Below are positions 46,234 to 55,557 of a stretch of 64,000 bases of DNA, piece by piece. The DNA lies in assembly GCA_038231275.1 (NCBI GenBank), contig JBBRLQ010000004.1, positions 128,001 to 192,000 of the forward strand, in the 5' to 3' direction. This DNA is from Polyangiales bacterium. GTDB lineage: Bacteria > Myxococcota_A > Polyangia > Polyangiales > Polyangiaceae. Below the pieces are notes generated by a model. It was not told where the DNA came from and did no database searches. It saw nothing but the letters and a program-made list of their open reading frames with translations. A program made the translations under genes and the position numbers. Within the stretch, counting starts at the first letter, position 1, and every line of letters starts with the position of its first letter.

Positions 46234-47886
46234 ATGCGCGCGCGCAACGTCCTTTCGCTTCTTGCCTCGCTGGCGCCGGTCGCCATGGGATGCGCGGGCG
46301 CACCTGTGACGCCGCGCACGGCGAACGCACACACGACGACCTCCGCGCCCATGGCCGAAGGCGCGCCGCGCGCGACGTTGGCCTGGGAAGAGCTCTCGGC
46401 AGCGACGATGGCGCGCGCGAAGGCGGAGCGAAAATACATCGTCCTCGATGGCTCGGCCGAATGGTGCCACTGGTGCCACGTGATGGAGGCGACGACCTAC
46501 CACGACGAGGCGGTGCGGAAGCTCCTCGACCGCCACTTCATCTCGGTGAAGGTCGACGTCGACGCGCGGCCCGACATCGAAGAGCGCTACGGTGACTACG
46601 GCTGGCCTGCGACGGTGATTTTTTCGCCGGACGCCGCGGAGCTCGGCAAGTACCGCGGGTACATCGCGCCCGAGAAATTCGTCACGATCTTGGAGGGCGT
46701 GATCGCGAGCAAGGTCGCCGAGCGAGGCGCCGTCGCGAGCGAGCCACGCAAGCCCGACGCGCCCGAGCGTCCGATGACCGAGGAGCAGCTCGCGTGGATC
46801 GCACGCTTCGTCGAGGTCGAGCTCGAGGAGTATTGGGACGAGGCGAAGGGGGGCTGGGGTCGCACGCAGAAGGCACCGCTCGCGTGGGACAACGCGTGGG
46901 CGCTCCGAAACGCGAAGCGAGGCGACGCGGAGTGGCGGCGACGCGCGCTCTTCACGCTCGACCAGCAGTCCAAGCTCGTCGATCCGGTGTGGGGCGGCAT
47001 CTACCAGTACTCGGCGGCAGCCGATTGGGATCACGCGCACTTCGAGAAGCTGATGCCGTTCCAGGCCGGCGCGCTCGACAACTACGCCGAGGCCTACGCG
47101 CTCACGCGCGATCCGAAGTACCTGGCCCTCGCGAAGAAGATGCGCGGATTCATGGAGGGGTTCTTCACGAGCCCGAACGGCGCCTTCTACGCGACGCAAG
47201 ACGCCGACGTGAACGCGCACGACGCGAACAAGCCGTTCATGAACGGCCACGATTTCTACGCCTTGGACGACGCGCGGCGACGGGCGGCGGGCATGCCGCG
47301 CCTCGACACGCACGAGTACGCCAAGGAGAACGGCCTCGCGATCTATGCATATTGCACCTACTTCGAAGCGACCCGCGATCCCGCCGCGATCGCCGTCGCG
47401 GAGCGCGCGGCCGCGCGAATCTTCACGACCCACGCGGCTGCTTCGGGCGGCGTCTCGCACGACGTGCAGAGGCCCGACGCGCCTGCGAAGGTGCTCTTCC
47501 TCGCCGACAACGCCGCGTTCGGCCTCGGGCTGGTGCGCCTCTTCGAGGTGACGGGAAAGACGGAGCATCTCACCGCGGCAAAGGCGATCGCGCAGGCGAT
47601 GCTCCGGGATCTCGAGGATCCGAAGGGCGGCGGCTTCTTCGCGAGCACGCCGGATCCCGACGCGGCCGGTGTCTTCGCCGTGCGCCGGACCCCGTTCGAG
47701 GACAATGTGACGGCGCTCCGCATGCTCGCGCGCCTCGCGAAGGCCGACGCGGCCGGCGCGCCCGCGTATCGTCGCGCCATCGCCCGAACGCTCCACGCCA
47801 TCGCGACCCCCGAGGAGATCAAGGGGCGCGGCCGAATGCTCGGCGACTTCCTCATCGCGCTCGAGGAGACCAAGGGCCTGCGCTGA
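46234..47886 (+). CDS. DUF255/YyaL-like thioredoxin plus helical-barrel domain lipoprotein
   Basis: AEWCHWCHVME, KVDVDARPDI, GWPATV, DPVWGG, HFEKLM, GAFYATQDAD; lipobox AMGC. Confidence 0.88.
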   Translation: MRARNVLSLLASLAPVAMGCAGAPVTPRTANAHTTTSAPMAEGAPRATLAWEELSAATMARAKAERKYIVLDGSAEWCHWCHVMEATTYHDEAVRKLLDRHFISVKVDVDARPDIEERYGDYGWPATVIFSPDAAELGKYRGYIAPEKFVTILEGVIASKVAERGAVASEPRKPDAPERPMTEEQLAWIARFVEVELEEYWDEAKGGWGRTQKAPLAWDNAWALRNAKRGDAEWRRRALFTLDQQSKLVDPVWGGIYQYSAAADWDHAHFEKLMPFQAGALDNYAEAYALTRDPKYLALAKKMRGFMEGFFTSPNGAFYATQDADVNAHDANKPFMNGHDFYALDDARRRAAGMPRLDTHEYAKENGLAIYAYCTYFEATRDPAAIAVAERAAARIFTTHAAASGGVSHDVQRPDAPAKVLFLADNAAFGLGLVRLFEVTGKTEHLTAAKAIAQAMLRDLEDPKGGGFFASTPDPDAAGVFAVRRTPFEDNVTALRMLARLAKADAAGAPAYRRAIARTLHAIATPEEIKGRGRMLGDFLIALEETKGLR

Positions 47887-47889
47887 AGG

Positions 47890-48768
47890 TCAGTCGAGCA
47901 GCTCCATCTGGTCGACGATCGTTCGGACCGCCTCGTCGTCGACGTAGCGGCGAAGGAGGAGGACGCCGAGATCGAGCGCGCAGGTCACACCGCCGGCCGT
48001 GACCGTCTGACCCTCGTCGATGACGCGGCCCTTGGTCGCGACCGCGCCGTACGTCTCGAGGAGGCCCATCGACGTGTGGTGCGTCGTGGCGCGCTTCTGC
48101 ATGAGGCGCCCTGCCGCGCCGAGGAGGAGCGCGCCGGTGCACACGCTTGCCATCAAGCGGTTGCTCGGGAACGCGCCGAGCCAGTCGACGACCGCGCGAT
48201 CGCGCGCGAGGGCGCGCGCGCCGGGGCCGCCGGGGACGATGACGACGTCGAACGCGTCGAGCGGCGGCCGTACCTTCTCGACTGTGAGCTCGGCGCCGCC
48301 CGCGGCCCAGACGCGCGGTCCGGTGGCCCCCACGATCTCGAACGACGCCGACGGATCGAACCCCATCGACGCGATCCGCGACAACGGATCATGGACGCCG
48401 ACCAAATCGAGGAGCGTCATGCCGTCGTAGGCCACGAACGCGAACCGCGTCTCGTTCACCACGGCCGGCGCGGCGGCGACCTCGTCGAGGCGGAGAACGG
48501 CGCGGATGGAGTCCTGCGAGATCGCGCCGTAGATGTGCGGCATGAGCCCGCGCGGCGTCGGATCCTCACGGACGGGCGCGTCGAGGCGGCGCGGATCGAT
48601 CTGGAGCACCGAGAGGCGCGAGCCCTCCGGGAAGTGCGCGCGCGCGGTCGCCTCCACGTCGTCGCGGTACGAAGCGTGGACGAACTTCTCACGCTTCAGC
48701 GACGGCGGACGGTAGGACCCGCTCAGCAGCGTCCCTTCGTTCACGATGTGAAAGAGCCAGCGCATCAC
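47890..48768 (-). CDS. DUF952 + DJ-1/PfpI fusion protein
   Basis: N-terminal LFHI..SLKREKFVHAS..IDP..MPHIYGAI (DUF952-like); C-terminal TLLDLVG, VPGGPG, SVCTGALLLGAAG, ATTH, TAGGV (DJ-1/PfpI). Confidence 0.8.
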   Translation of the reverse strand: MMRWLFHIVNEGTLLSGSYRPPSLKREKFVHASYRDDVEATARAHFPEGSRLSVLQIDPRRLDAPVREDPTPRGLMPHIYGAISQDSIRAVLRLDEVAAAPAVVNETRFAFVAYDGMTLLDLVGVHDPLSRIASMGFDPSASFEIVGATGPRVWAAGGAELTVEKVRPPLDAFDVVIVPGGPGARALARDRAVVDWLGAFPSNRLMASVCTGALLLGAAGRLMQKRATTHHTSMGLLETYGAVATKGRVIDEGQTVTAGGVTCALDLGVLLLRRYVDDEAVRTIVDQMELLD

Positions 48769-48811
48769 CCTACCGACGGCCGGATCCTACCATGTGCTAA
48801 GAGCCAGGCTC

Positions 48812-49783
48812 ATGAACGTCCTCGTGACCGGCGGCGCCGGCTACATCGGGTCGCACATGGTTCGCGTCCTCACCCGCGCCGGTCACGCGGTGACCGTCCT
48901 CGACGATCTCTCGGCGGGGCACGCCAGCGCGGTCCCCGCCGGTACGCCCCTCGTTCAGGCCGACGTCCGCGCGCGGGACGTGGTCTTGCCGCTCCTTCGC
49001 GACCAGAAGATCGACGCCATCTTCCACTTTGCGTCGCGCATCCAGGTCGGCGAGTCGGTCCGCGATCCGCGCCTTTATTACCGAGACAACCTCGCGGCCG
49101 GCGTAGCGCTCCTCGAGTCCGCCCTCGACGCGGGGGTGAAGCGCTTCATCCTCTCGTCGACCGCGGCGGTCTACGGCGATCCGATCCGCGTCCCGATCGA
49201 CGAGGATCACCCGACCGTGCCGGTGAACCCGTACGGCGAGACCAAGCTCATGCTCGAGCGCGTCCTCGCCAGCTACGCGCGGGCGTACGGGCTCGGGTAC
49301 GTGGCGCTCCGCTATTTCAACGCCTCCGGCGCCGACGTCGAGGCCGGCATCGGCGAGCGGCACGATCCGGAGACGCACCTCATCCCGCTCGTCCTCGAAG
49401 CCGCGCAGGGCAAGCGCGAGCTCACCATTTTCGGCGAGGACTACGCGACCCCGGACGGAACATGCGTTCGTGACTACGTGCACGTCACCGATCTCGCGAA
49501 GGCGCACCTCGCCGCGCTCGCGTACCTGAACGGCGGCGGCGCGAGCGGCGCGTTCAACCTCGGCACCGGACAAGGCCACTCCGTGCGGGAGGTCCTCGTG
49601 TGCGCGGAGAAGGTCACCGGGCGCAAAATTCCCTACAAGGTAGGCGTCCGGCGCGAAGGGGATCCGCCGGTCCTCGTCGCATCGGCGGACCGGGCGAGAA
49701 CCATCCTCGGATGGGTCCCCGAGCGCCCCAAGCTGTACGACATCGTCTCCGACGCGTGGGCCTGGCACGAGCGGTCATCGTAG
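48812..49783 (+). CDS. galE: UDP-glucose 4-epimerase
   Basis: VTGGAGYIGSH, VGESV, SSTAAVYG, PYGETK, LRYFNASGA, DGTCVRDYVHV. Confidence 0.95.
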   Translation: MNVLVTGGAGYIGSHMVRVLTRAGHAVTVLDDLSAGHASAVPAGTPLVQADVRARDVVLPLLRDQKIDAIFHFASRIQVGESVRDPRLYYRDNLAAGVALLESALDAGVKRFILSSTAAVYGDPIRVPIDEDHPTVPVNPYGETKLMLERVLASYARAYGLGYVALRYFNASGADVEAGIGERHDPETHLIPLVLEAAQGKRELTIFGEDYATPDGTCVRDYVHVTDLAKAHLAALAYLNGGGASGAFNLGTGQGHSVREVLVCAEKVTGRKIPYKVGVRREGDPPVLVASADRARTILGWVPERPKLYDIVSDAWAWHERSS

Positions 49784-49836
49784 ACGTATCGCTTTTGTTT
49801 CGCGCCGCGCGGCCGTTCAGCGGATAATTCTTGGTA

Positions 49837-51483
49837 GTGAGCATCGCGCCGCCGGAACCCTCCCAGCTCACACCGGGGTATCGGCTCGACCGTTACGAAT
49901 TGCTTTGTCCAATCGCCGAAGGCGGCATGGCGAGCGTTTGGGTCGCGCGCCTCAAGGGTAAGCACGGCTTCGAGAAGCTGGTCGCCATCAAGACCATCCT
50001 CCCGAAGTACGCAAGCGACGGGCGCTTTCAGCAGATGTTCCTCGACGAGGCGCGCATCGCGTCGGGGATCGAGCACACCAACGTCGCGCAGATCCTCGAT
50101 CTCGGCGAGGAGCACGACGTGCTCTACCTCGTGATGGAGTGGGTCGACGGCGACAGCCTCTCGAAGCTGATGCGAACCGTCGAGAAGAAAAAGGAGAAGG
50201 TGCCGAGCGGCATCGTCTGCCGGATCCTCGCCGACGTGTGTGGCGGCCTTCACGCCGCGCACGAGCTCCGCGGAAACGACGGAAATCCCCTGGGCGTCGT
50301 GCACCGGGACGTCTCGCCGCAGAACGTCCTCGTGAGCACCAAGGGCGTCGCGAAGCTGATCGACTTCGGCATCGCAAAGGCCAAAGACCGGCTCTCCGGC
50401 GAGACGAGCGCGGGCCTCCTCAAGGGCAAGGTTCAGTACATGGCGCCCGAGCAAGCGCTCGGTCAGCCCATCGACGCGCGCGCGGACATCTGGGCGATCG
50501 GCGCGATCCTCTACCACGTGTTCGCGGGGCGGCCGGCGTACGACGGCGACAACCAGCTCGCGCAGCTGCACCAGCTCACGTCGGGCAAGCCGCCGCTTCC
50601 CTTGCCTTCGAGCGTGCCGAAGCCGGTCGTCGACGTCATCAAGAAGGCGCTGTCGTTCAACGCGACTGCGCGCTTCGCGAGCGCGGCGGAGATGCAGCGC
50701 GCGCTCGAGAAGGCGATGCTCGACGCCGGGATCTCGATGACGACGGCCGACGTCGCCACGTACGCGAAGACGCACATGGTCGATCGCGCGGACGCGCGGA
50801 AGAAGGCCGTCGAGCTCGCGCTGAAGGCCGCCGGAGAGCGCGCCCGGATGGCGGAGATGCTGCGCGCGCCGGCGAGCCCGGAGGAGACGCCGACGCCGAT
50901 GCAGGAGTCGGCGTCTGAGCCCGGCCTCACCCCGTCGGGCAAAATCGCGTCGAGCCCGGGCATGGCCTCGGCGACCGGCGTGACGCAGCCCGATCCCATG
51001 CGACAGGAGCTCCCGTCGGTCCCTTCGCAGCACAGCTCGACGCTCGGCGCAGGCGTCATGACGCCCGGGCCCGATTCCATCGCGTCGCCTCCGCCCGTTC
51101 GCAGGCGACGCGCGCTCGTCTACGTCGTCGGCGTGGGCCTCGGCGTCGCGGCGATCATCGGCCTCGCCGCGCTCAGCGTCTCCAAAAGGCCACCGCCGGC
51201 CTCGGCCCGCGAGCAACCGCCGGCGATCGCCGCCGCCCCGCGCGACACTGCGCCTCCGCCGGCGGTCGATGTCCCTCCTCCTACGCCGGACCCGGTCCCG
51301 CCCGATCCGTCGACGACCGCCGTCGCGACCGGCGTGAAACCGCCGGCAACGACGAACACGGCAGGCGCGCGTCCTCCTCCCGCGCCCGCGCCGCGCCCCG
51401 TTTCGCCTCCGCCGAGGCCGCCGCCGCCGAAGCCCACCGCGAAGCCGCCCGCCGGAAAGGGCACCGTCGACGACGGCTTCTGA
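49837..51483 (+). CDS. Hanks-type Ser/Thr protein kinase with TM segment and Pro-rich tail
   Basis: IAEGGMASV, VAIK, HRDVSPQN, DFGIAK, YMAPEQ; TM ALVYVVGVGLGVAAII; ends VDDGF. Start is 49831 or 49837. Confidence 0.93.
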   Translation: MSIAPPEPSQLTPGYRLDRYELLCPIAEGGMASVWVARLKGKHGFEKLVAIKTILPKYASDGRFQQMFLDEARIASGIEHTNVAQILDLGEEHDVLYLVMEWVDGDSLSKLMRTVEKKKEKVPSGIVCRILADVCGGLHAAHELRGNDGNPLGVVHRDVSPQNVLVSTKGVAKLIDFGIAKAKDRLSGETSAGLLKGKVQYMAPEQALGQPIDARADIWAIGAILYHVFAGRPAYDGDNQLAQLHQLTSGKPPLPLPSSVPKPVVDVIKKALSFNATARFASAAEMQRALEKAMLDAGISMTTADVATYAKTHMVDRADARKKAVELALKAAGERARMAEMLRAPASPEETPTPMQESASEPGLTPSGKIASSPGMASATGVTQPDPMRQELPSVPSQHSSTLGAGVMTPGPDSIASPPPVRRRRALVYVVGVGLGVAAIIGLAALSVSKRPPPASAREQPPAIAAAPRDTAPPPAVDVPPPTPDPVPPDPSTTAVATGVKPPATTNTAGARPPPAPAPRPVSPPPRPPPPKPTAKPPAGKGTVDDGF

Positions 51484-51576
51484 TCCGGATGTTTCAGGCG
51501 CGCGGCTTCGATCGCGAGGGCGTGCTCAGTTCAGGAGCGGGCTCAGGAGCGTTCGCTCTGCTGCGCTTCGCTCCAC

Positions 51577-52959
51577 TCACTGCTGCGTGGGCCACACCTC
51601 GACGCCGCCGATGAAGCCGGAGTTGTCTTTGAACGGGTTGGTCGCGAGCGTCGTCGTGCCGCCGTCGCCGAGGAGCGTCCGCACGACGTCGATCGACGTG
51701 CCGCCGTCGGCGAGGTAGTTGGTGTGCGTGCCGACGATCGCGCCGCCGCCGGCGTACGCGAACGCGTTGGAGTCGGGCGCGTTCGGGACGACAGGGCCGA
51801 GCGTCGTGGTCGCCGGGTCCCAGCGACGGACCTCCACGCCGAGGCCGAGCACGGCGTCGTGCGGTCCGATGTACGAGAACGCCGACGGGAAGCCGGACGT
51901 GGACACGTCGAGGAGCGTCGTCGAGACCGGCTGCCCGGTGGTCGAGAACCTGACCTCCTCGACGATGCGCTTGGCGACGGCGCCCGCGCCTCCGTCGCCG
52001 AGCGGCAGATTGCACCCGGCGTGGAGGACGAGGAGCCGATCAAACGCCGCGTCGTAGACCGCAGCCGCGCCGGCCGCGCCGAACGCTGGGTTGTACCCGA
52101 CGAGCGGGTGCGTGCCGTTCGGGCCGGTCGCGCCGGGGATGGGCGCGACGAGGCCAGTATCCGTGTCGATTGCGATGAGCGAGGGTGTCGTCGCCGCGCA
52201 CAGGAGCGTGTAGCCGTCGGGCGCGACCTTGGTTCGGTCGATGTTGCCGAGCAGCACGTACAGCATGTGCCGCGACGCGACGTGAAACGCGAACGTCGCC
52301 TCGACGACACCGTCGCCGTCCTTCGCTTGGACGAACGTGGAAAGATCGATCGCAGCGGCAGGCGTCCCGCCGTCGACCGTCGCTTGCGTATCGAGGATCG
52401 CGAGCTTGTTGCGCGTGTACCGCGCGACGTATCCCCTGCCCGACGCGGGAATGACCGCGATCGCGAGGGGATCGGAGTACGCGGCGCCGCCGTCGGCGCG
52501 GTCGCCGAGGTCCACGGTCCACGACGAGACCACCTTCCACGGCTGACGCGCGTCGAGCTTGCCCACGACGTCGACCTTCTGCTCGAGCACGTACGGATCG
52601 GCCCCGCGCGAGAACGTCGTGCCGAAGCTGCCCGGATAGACGAGGCTGTCCTTCGCGGCGGTCGCGAGGTCCATCGTCAGCAGCTCGCTCGTCGATGTGT
52701 TGTTCATCGAGAGGAGGACGCGCGGCGGCGGGGGCGGCAGCGCGTCGGCGCCCGTGTCGGCGGTCGCGTCGCCCGCTGCGTCGGTCCCCGCGTCGCCTGC
52801 GTCGTGGAGAGAGCCGTCGACCGTCGCCTCCGACGCGGCGTCCTTCGGCGTCGTGACCGGGTTGATGTCGTCTCCGCCGCACCCTTGCACGAAGAGCGTG
52901 CACGACACGACGAACGGAACGCCACAAAAAACTGCCCTAGCGAGCTGACTCTGAGTCAT
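51577..52959 (-). CDS. Uncharacterised lipoprotein (probable beta-propeller) under cobalamin riboswitch control
   Basis: GGAGG RBS; lipobox VQGC; DA/DG linker; propeller-like strands GRGYVARYTRNKLAILD and HMLYVLLGN. Confidence 0.75.
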   Translation of the reverse strand: MTQSQLARAVFCGVPFVVSCTLFVQGCGGDDINPVTTPKDAASEATVDGSLHDAGDAGTDAAGDATADTGADALPPPPPRVLLSMNNTSTSELLTMDLATAAKDSLVYPGSFGTTFSRGADPYVLEQKVDVVGKLDARQPWKVVSSWTVDLGDRADGGAAYSDPLAIAVIPASGRGYVARYTRNKLAILDTQATVDGGTPAAAIDLSTFVQAKDGDGVVEATFAFHVASRHMLYVLLGNIDRTKVAPDGYTLLCAATTPSLIAIDTDTGLVAPIPGATGPNGTHPLVGYNPAFGAAGAAAVYDAAFDRLLVLHAGCNLPLGDGGAGAVAKRIVEEVRFSTTGQPVSTTLLDVSTSGFPSAFSYIGPHDAVLGLGVEVRRWDPATTTLGPVVPNAPDSNAFAYAGGGAIVGTHTNYLADGGTSIDVVRTLLGDGGTTTLATNPFKDNSGFIGGVEVWPTQQ

Positions 52960-53007
52960 GGAGCCTCCACCGCGCTTGCCCGCGCGGCATGTTGACCGAG
53001 GTTTCTC

Positions 53008-53187
53008 GCGCGTGGTCCGGTCTCCGGACTCCCAGATCATCCTCCCTCGTGCCCTTCCCAGAGTCCGCGGCGAGCCGCCTTCTCCAGTGGTAATGCCCGA
53101 GTTCGTCCCTGGTCACCGTGGCGGGTGCCGTGCCGGATTTTCACCGGCTTCCCGTGTGGAGGAAAAAGCTCCTCCACGACCACGCGC
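53008..53187 (-). ncRNA. Cobalamin (B12) riboswitch
   Basis: Minus strand: GGGAAGCCGGTGAAAATCCGGCACGGCACCCGCCACGGTGA, CCACTG...GGGAAGG, B12 box AGTCCGGAGACCGGACC; closed by a 10-bp stem GCGCGTGGTC/GACCACGCGC. Confidence 0.93.
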
Positions 53188-53242
53188 AGGAGGCTCGTAG
53201 ACCAGGCGAGGCTCCGACGTCAATCGCGGCGTGGCGCGGTCG

Positions 53243-54481
53243 TCACGAATGCTGGAAGAGAGCGCGCACGCGATCGAGGACGGACTCGGCGATCTGCGCC
53301 TTGCTCGCGACGGCCTGCGCGTCATGTGACGTCGCGGTGACGAACGTGACTCTGTTCGTTCCCTTGCCGAGCGAGTCGTCCGCATGGTTCGCGACGACCA
53401 GGTCGACCTTCTTGTCGATGAGCTTCTTCGTGGCGTAGGCGACGAGGCCCGCGTCGTCTTGCGTCTCGAGCGCGAAGCCGACGAGGACGGGACGCTTGCC
53501 CGCGCGGCGCGCGCCGATCTCGGCGAGGAGATCGGGGTTCTTCACGAGCGCGATCTCCGCGTGCTCGCCCTCCTTCTTCAGCTTCGTCGCGCTCGTCGCG
53601 GCGGGCCGGTAGTCGGCGACGGCGGCGCTCATGACGAGCGCGTCGGCGAGCGTCAGTTCTTTGCCGAGCGCGTCCCACAGCGCCGCCCGCATCGCGAGCG
53701 CGCCGCGGACATCGACGCGCGTGACGCCCGCCGGCGTCGCGAGCTCCACCGGTCCCGCGACCAACGTGACTGTCGCGCCACGCGCAGCGGCTCGCTCTGC
53801 GATCGCGAAGCCCATTCGGCCCGTCGAGCGGTTCCCGAGAAACCGCACCGGATCGAGATCCTCGAGCGTGGGCCCTGCGCTCACGACGAGGCGAAGACCC
53901 GCCAGATCACGCGCCGCGCTCGCGCGTGCGGCAGCGGCAGCGATCGCGGCGACGATCTCCTCCGGCTCGGCCATGCGACCCATGCCCGACTCCCCCGACG
54001 CGACCTCGCCCGCGACGGGGCCTACGAGGGTGACCGTGCCAGCGAGCGCCGCGACGTTTCGCTGCGTCGCCGCGTGCGCCCACATCCGCGGGTGCATCGC
54101 CGGCGCCGCGACGACCGGCCCCTTCGCGCAGAGCACGAGCGCCGAGACCACGTCGTCGGCGCGTCCCGTCGCCATGCGCGCCAGCATGTCGGCGGTCGCC
54201 GGGACGATCGCGATCACGTCCGCGCGTCGCGCGAGATCGACGTGCACCTCGCCCGCAAAGCGCGGGTCCCACATGTCCGTGACCACACCTTCCCCCGACA
54301 GCCCCGACAGCGTGAGCGGCCCCAGGAAGCGCGCAGCCGAGGCGGTCATCACCGGCAGCACCGCGGCTCCCGCCTTCACGAGCAGCCGCGCGACGTGGCT
54401 CGCCTTGTACGCGGCGATGCTCCCCGTCACGCACAGCGCCACGGTTTTTCCAGCCAATTGCGTCGTGGACGGATCGCTCAC
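53243..54481 (-). CDS. coaBC: Phosphopantothenoylcysteine decarboxylase/ligase
   Basis: VTGSIAAYK, PATAD, APAMHPRMW, GRMAEPE, AGPTLEDLDPVRFLGNRSTGRMG, AAVADY, VGFALET. Confidence 0.96.
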   Translation of the reverse strand: MSDPSTTQLAGKTVALCVTGSIAAYKASHVARLLVKAGAAVLPVMTASAARFLGPLTLSGLSGEGVVTDMWDPRFAGEVHVDLARRADVIAIVPATADMLARMATGRADDVVSALVLCAKGPVVAAPAMHPRMWAHAATQRNVAALAGTVTLVGPVAGEVASGESGMGRMAEPEEIVAAIAAAAARASAARDLAGLRLVVSAGPTLEDLDPVRFLGNRSTGRMGFAIAERAAARGATVTLVAGPVELATPAGVTRVDVRGALAMRAALWDALGKELTLADALVMSAAVADYRPAATSATKLKKEGEHAEIALVKNPDLLAEIGARRAGKRPVLVGFALETQDDAGLVAYATKKLIDKKVDLVVANHADDSLGKGTNRVTFVTATSHDAQAVASKAQIAESVLDRVRALFQHS

Positions 54482-54582
54482 GGGTCTCGTTATCGTTTAG
54501 CACGAAGGAGCGGGATCGAGCCCCCGGGGCCTCTTAAGTCGATCTGTCGCCATGCCGTAGCCTTTAAAGGTATTTACCGGCC

Positions 54583-55554
54583 GTGCGCCTCCGATCCCTC
54601 GCCGTCCCCTTCGTCGTGCTCGGCGGGCTCGTGCTCGTCGCGAACGCCGACGCGCGGCCGTCGGCGGCGAAGCGGGTTCCGGCCGTCGTCGTGGCGCCCG
54701 TCGTCGTGAGGCGCGCCGCGCACCCGAGGCCGAAGCCGAAGAAGCCGGCGCGCAAGTCCCCCAAGCTCGCGCCGGGCAGCCGCGGCACGCTGGCGTGGGC
54801 AATCGCGAGCCACACGCCGAAGGTGCACGCGCCGGTCGCCGAGGGGACCCTCCCCGCGGTCGTCGCCAACGCGACCTGCCCCGACGACATGGCCAACGTC
54901 GACGATCGCACATGCGTCGATTTGTTCGAGGGCTCGCTCGTCGAGGTCGTCGCCGACGGCACGATGTCGCCGTGGTCGCCGTTTACGACGCCGGAACCGT
55001 CGCGCACCTACCGCGCGCAGAGCGTCGCGGGCGTCGTGCCGCAGGCGTACATCAGCGGCTCACAAGCCGCTGCCGCGTGCAGCGCCGCCGGAAAGCGACT
55101 CTGCCAACCCGCCGAGTGGCGTCACGCCTGCGGCGGCACCGGCAAGACCGCCTACCCGTACGGTGCCGTCGCGACGCCCGGCAAGTGCAACGATCACGGC
55201 AAGAGCCCGATGCTCGCCTTCTATCCTCAGGTCGAAACGAGCTGGAGCCTCATCGGCACGAGCGACATGAACGATCCGCGCCTGAACCAGCTCGCCGGCA
55301 CCGTCGCCAAGACAGGCGAGTTCTCCGAGTGCGTGAATGACTTCGGCATCCACGACATGGTCGGCAACCTCCACGAGTGGACCGCCGATCCGAACGGCAC
55401 GTTCCAGGGCGGCTACTTTCTCGACACGTCGCAGAATGGCGACGGATGCAGCTACCGCACCGCCGCCGACGACTTCGGTTACCACGACTACTCGACGGGC
55501 TTCCGGTGCTGCGCCGATCCCAGCGTCGCGGACGCGAGCGAAGACGATGAGTAA
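54583..55554 (+). CDS. SUMF1/EgtB/PvdO (FGE-sulfatase domain) exported protein
   Basis: Signal peptide; GKRLCQPAEWRHAC, FGIHDMVGNLHEW, TGFRCCAD. Confidence 0.85.
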   Translation: MRLRSLAVPFVVLGGLVLVANADARPSAAKRVPAVVVAPVVVRRAAHPRPKPKKPARKSPKLAPGSRGTLAWAIASHTPKVHAPVAEGTLPAVVANATCPDDMANVDDRTCVDLFEGSLVEVVADGTMSPWSPFTTPEPSRTYRAQSVAGVVPQAYISGSQAAAACSAAGKRLCQPAEWRHACGGTGKTAYPYGAVATPGKCNDHGKSPMLAFYPQVETSWSLIGTSDMNDPRLNQLAGTVAKTGEFSECVNDFGIHDMVGNLHEWTADPNGTFQGGYFLDTSQNGDGCSYRTAADDFGYHDYSTGFRCCADPSVADASEDDE

Positions 55555-55557
55555 GCG

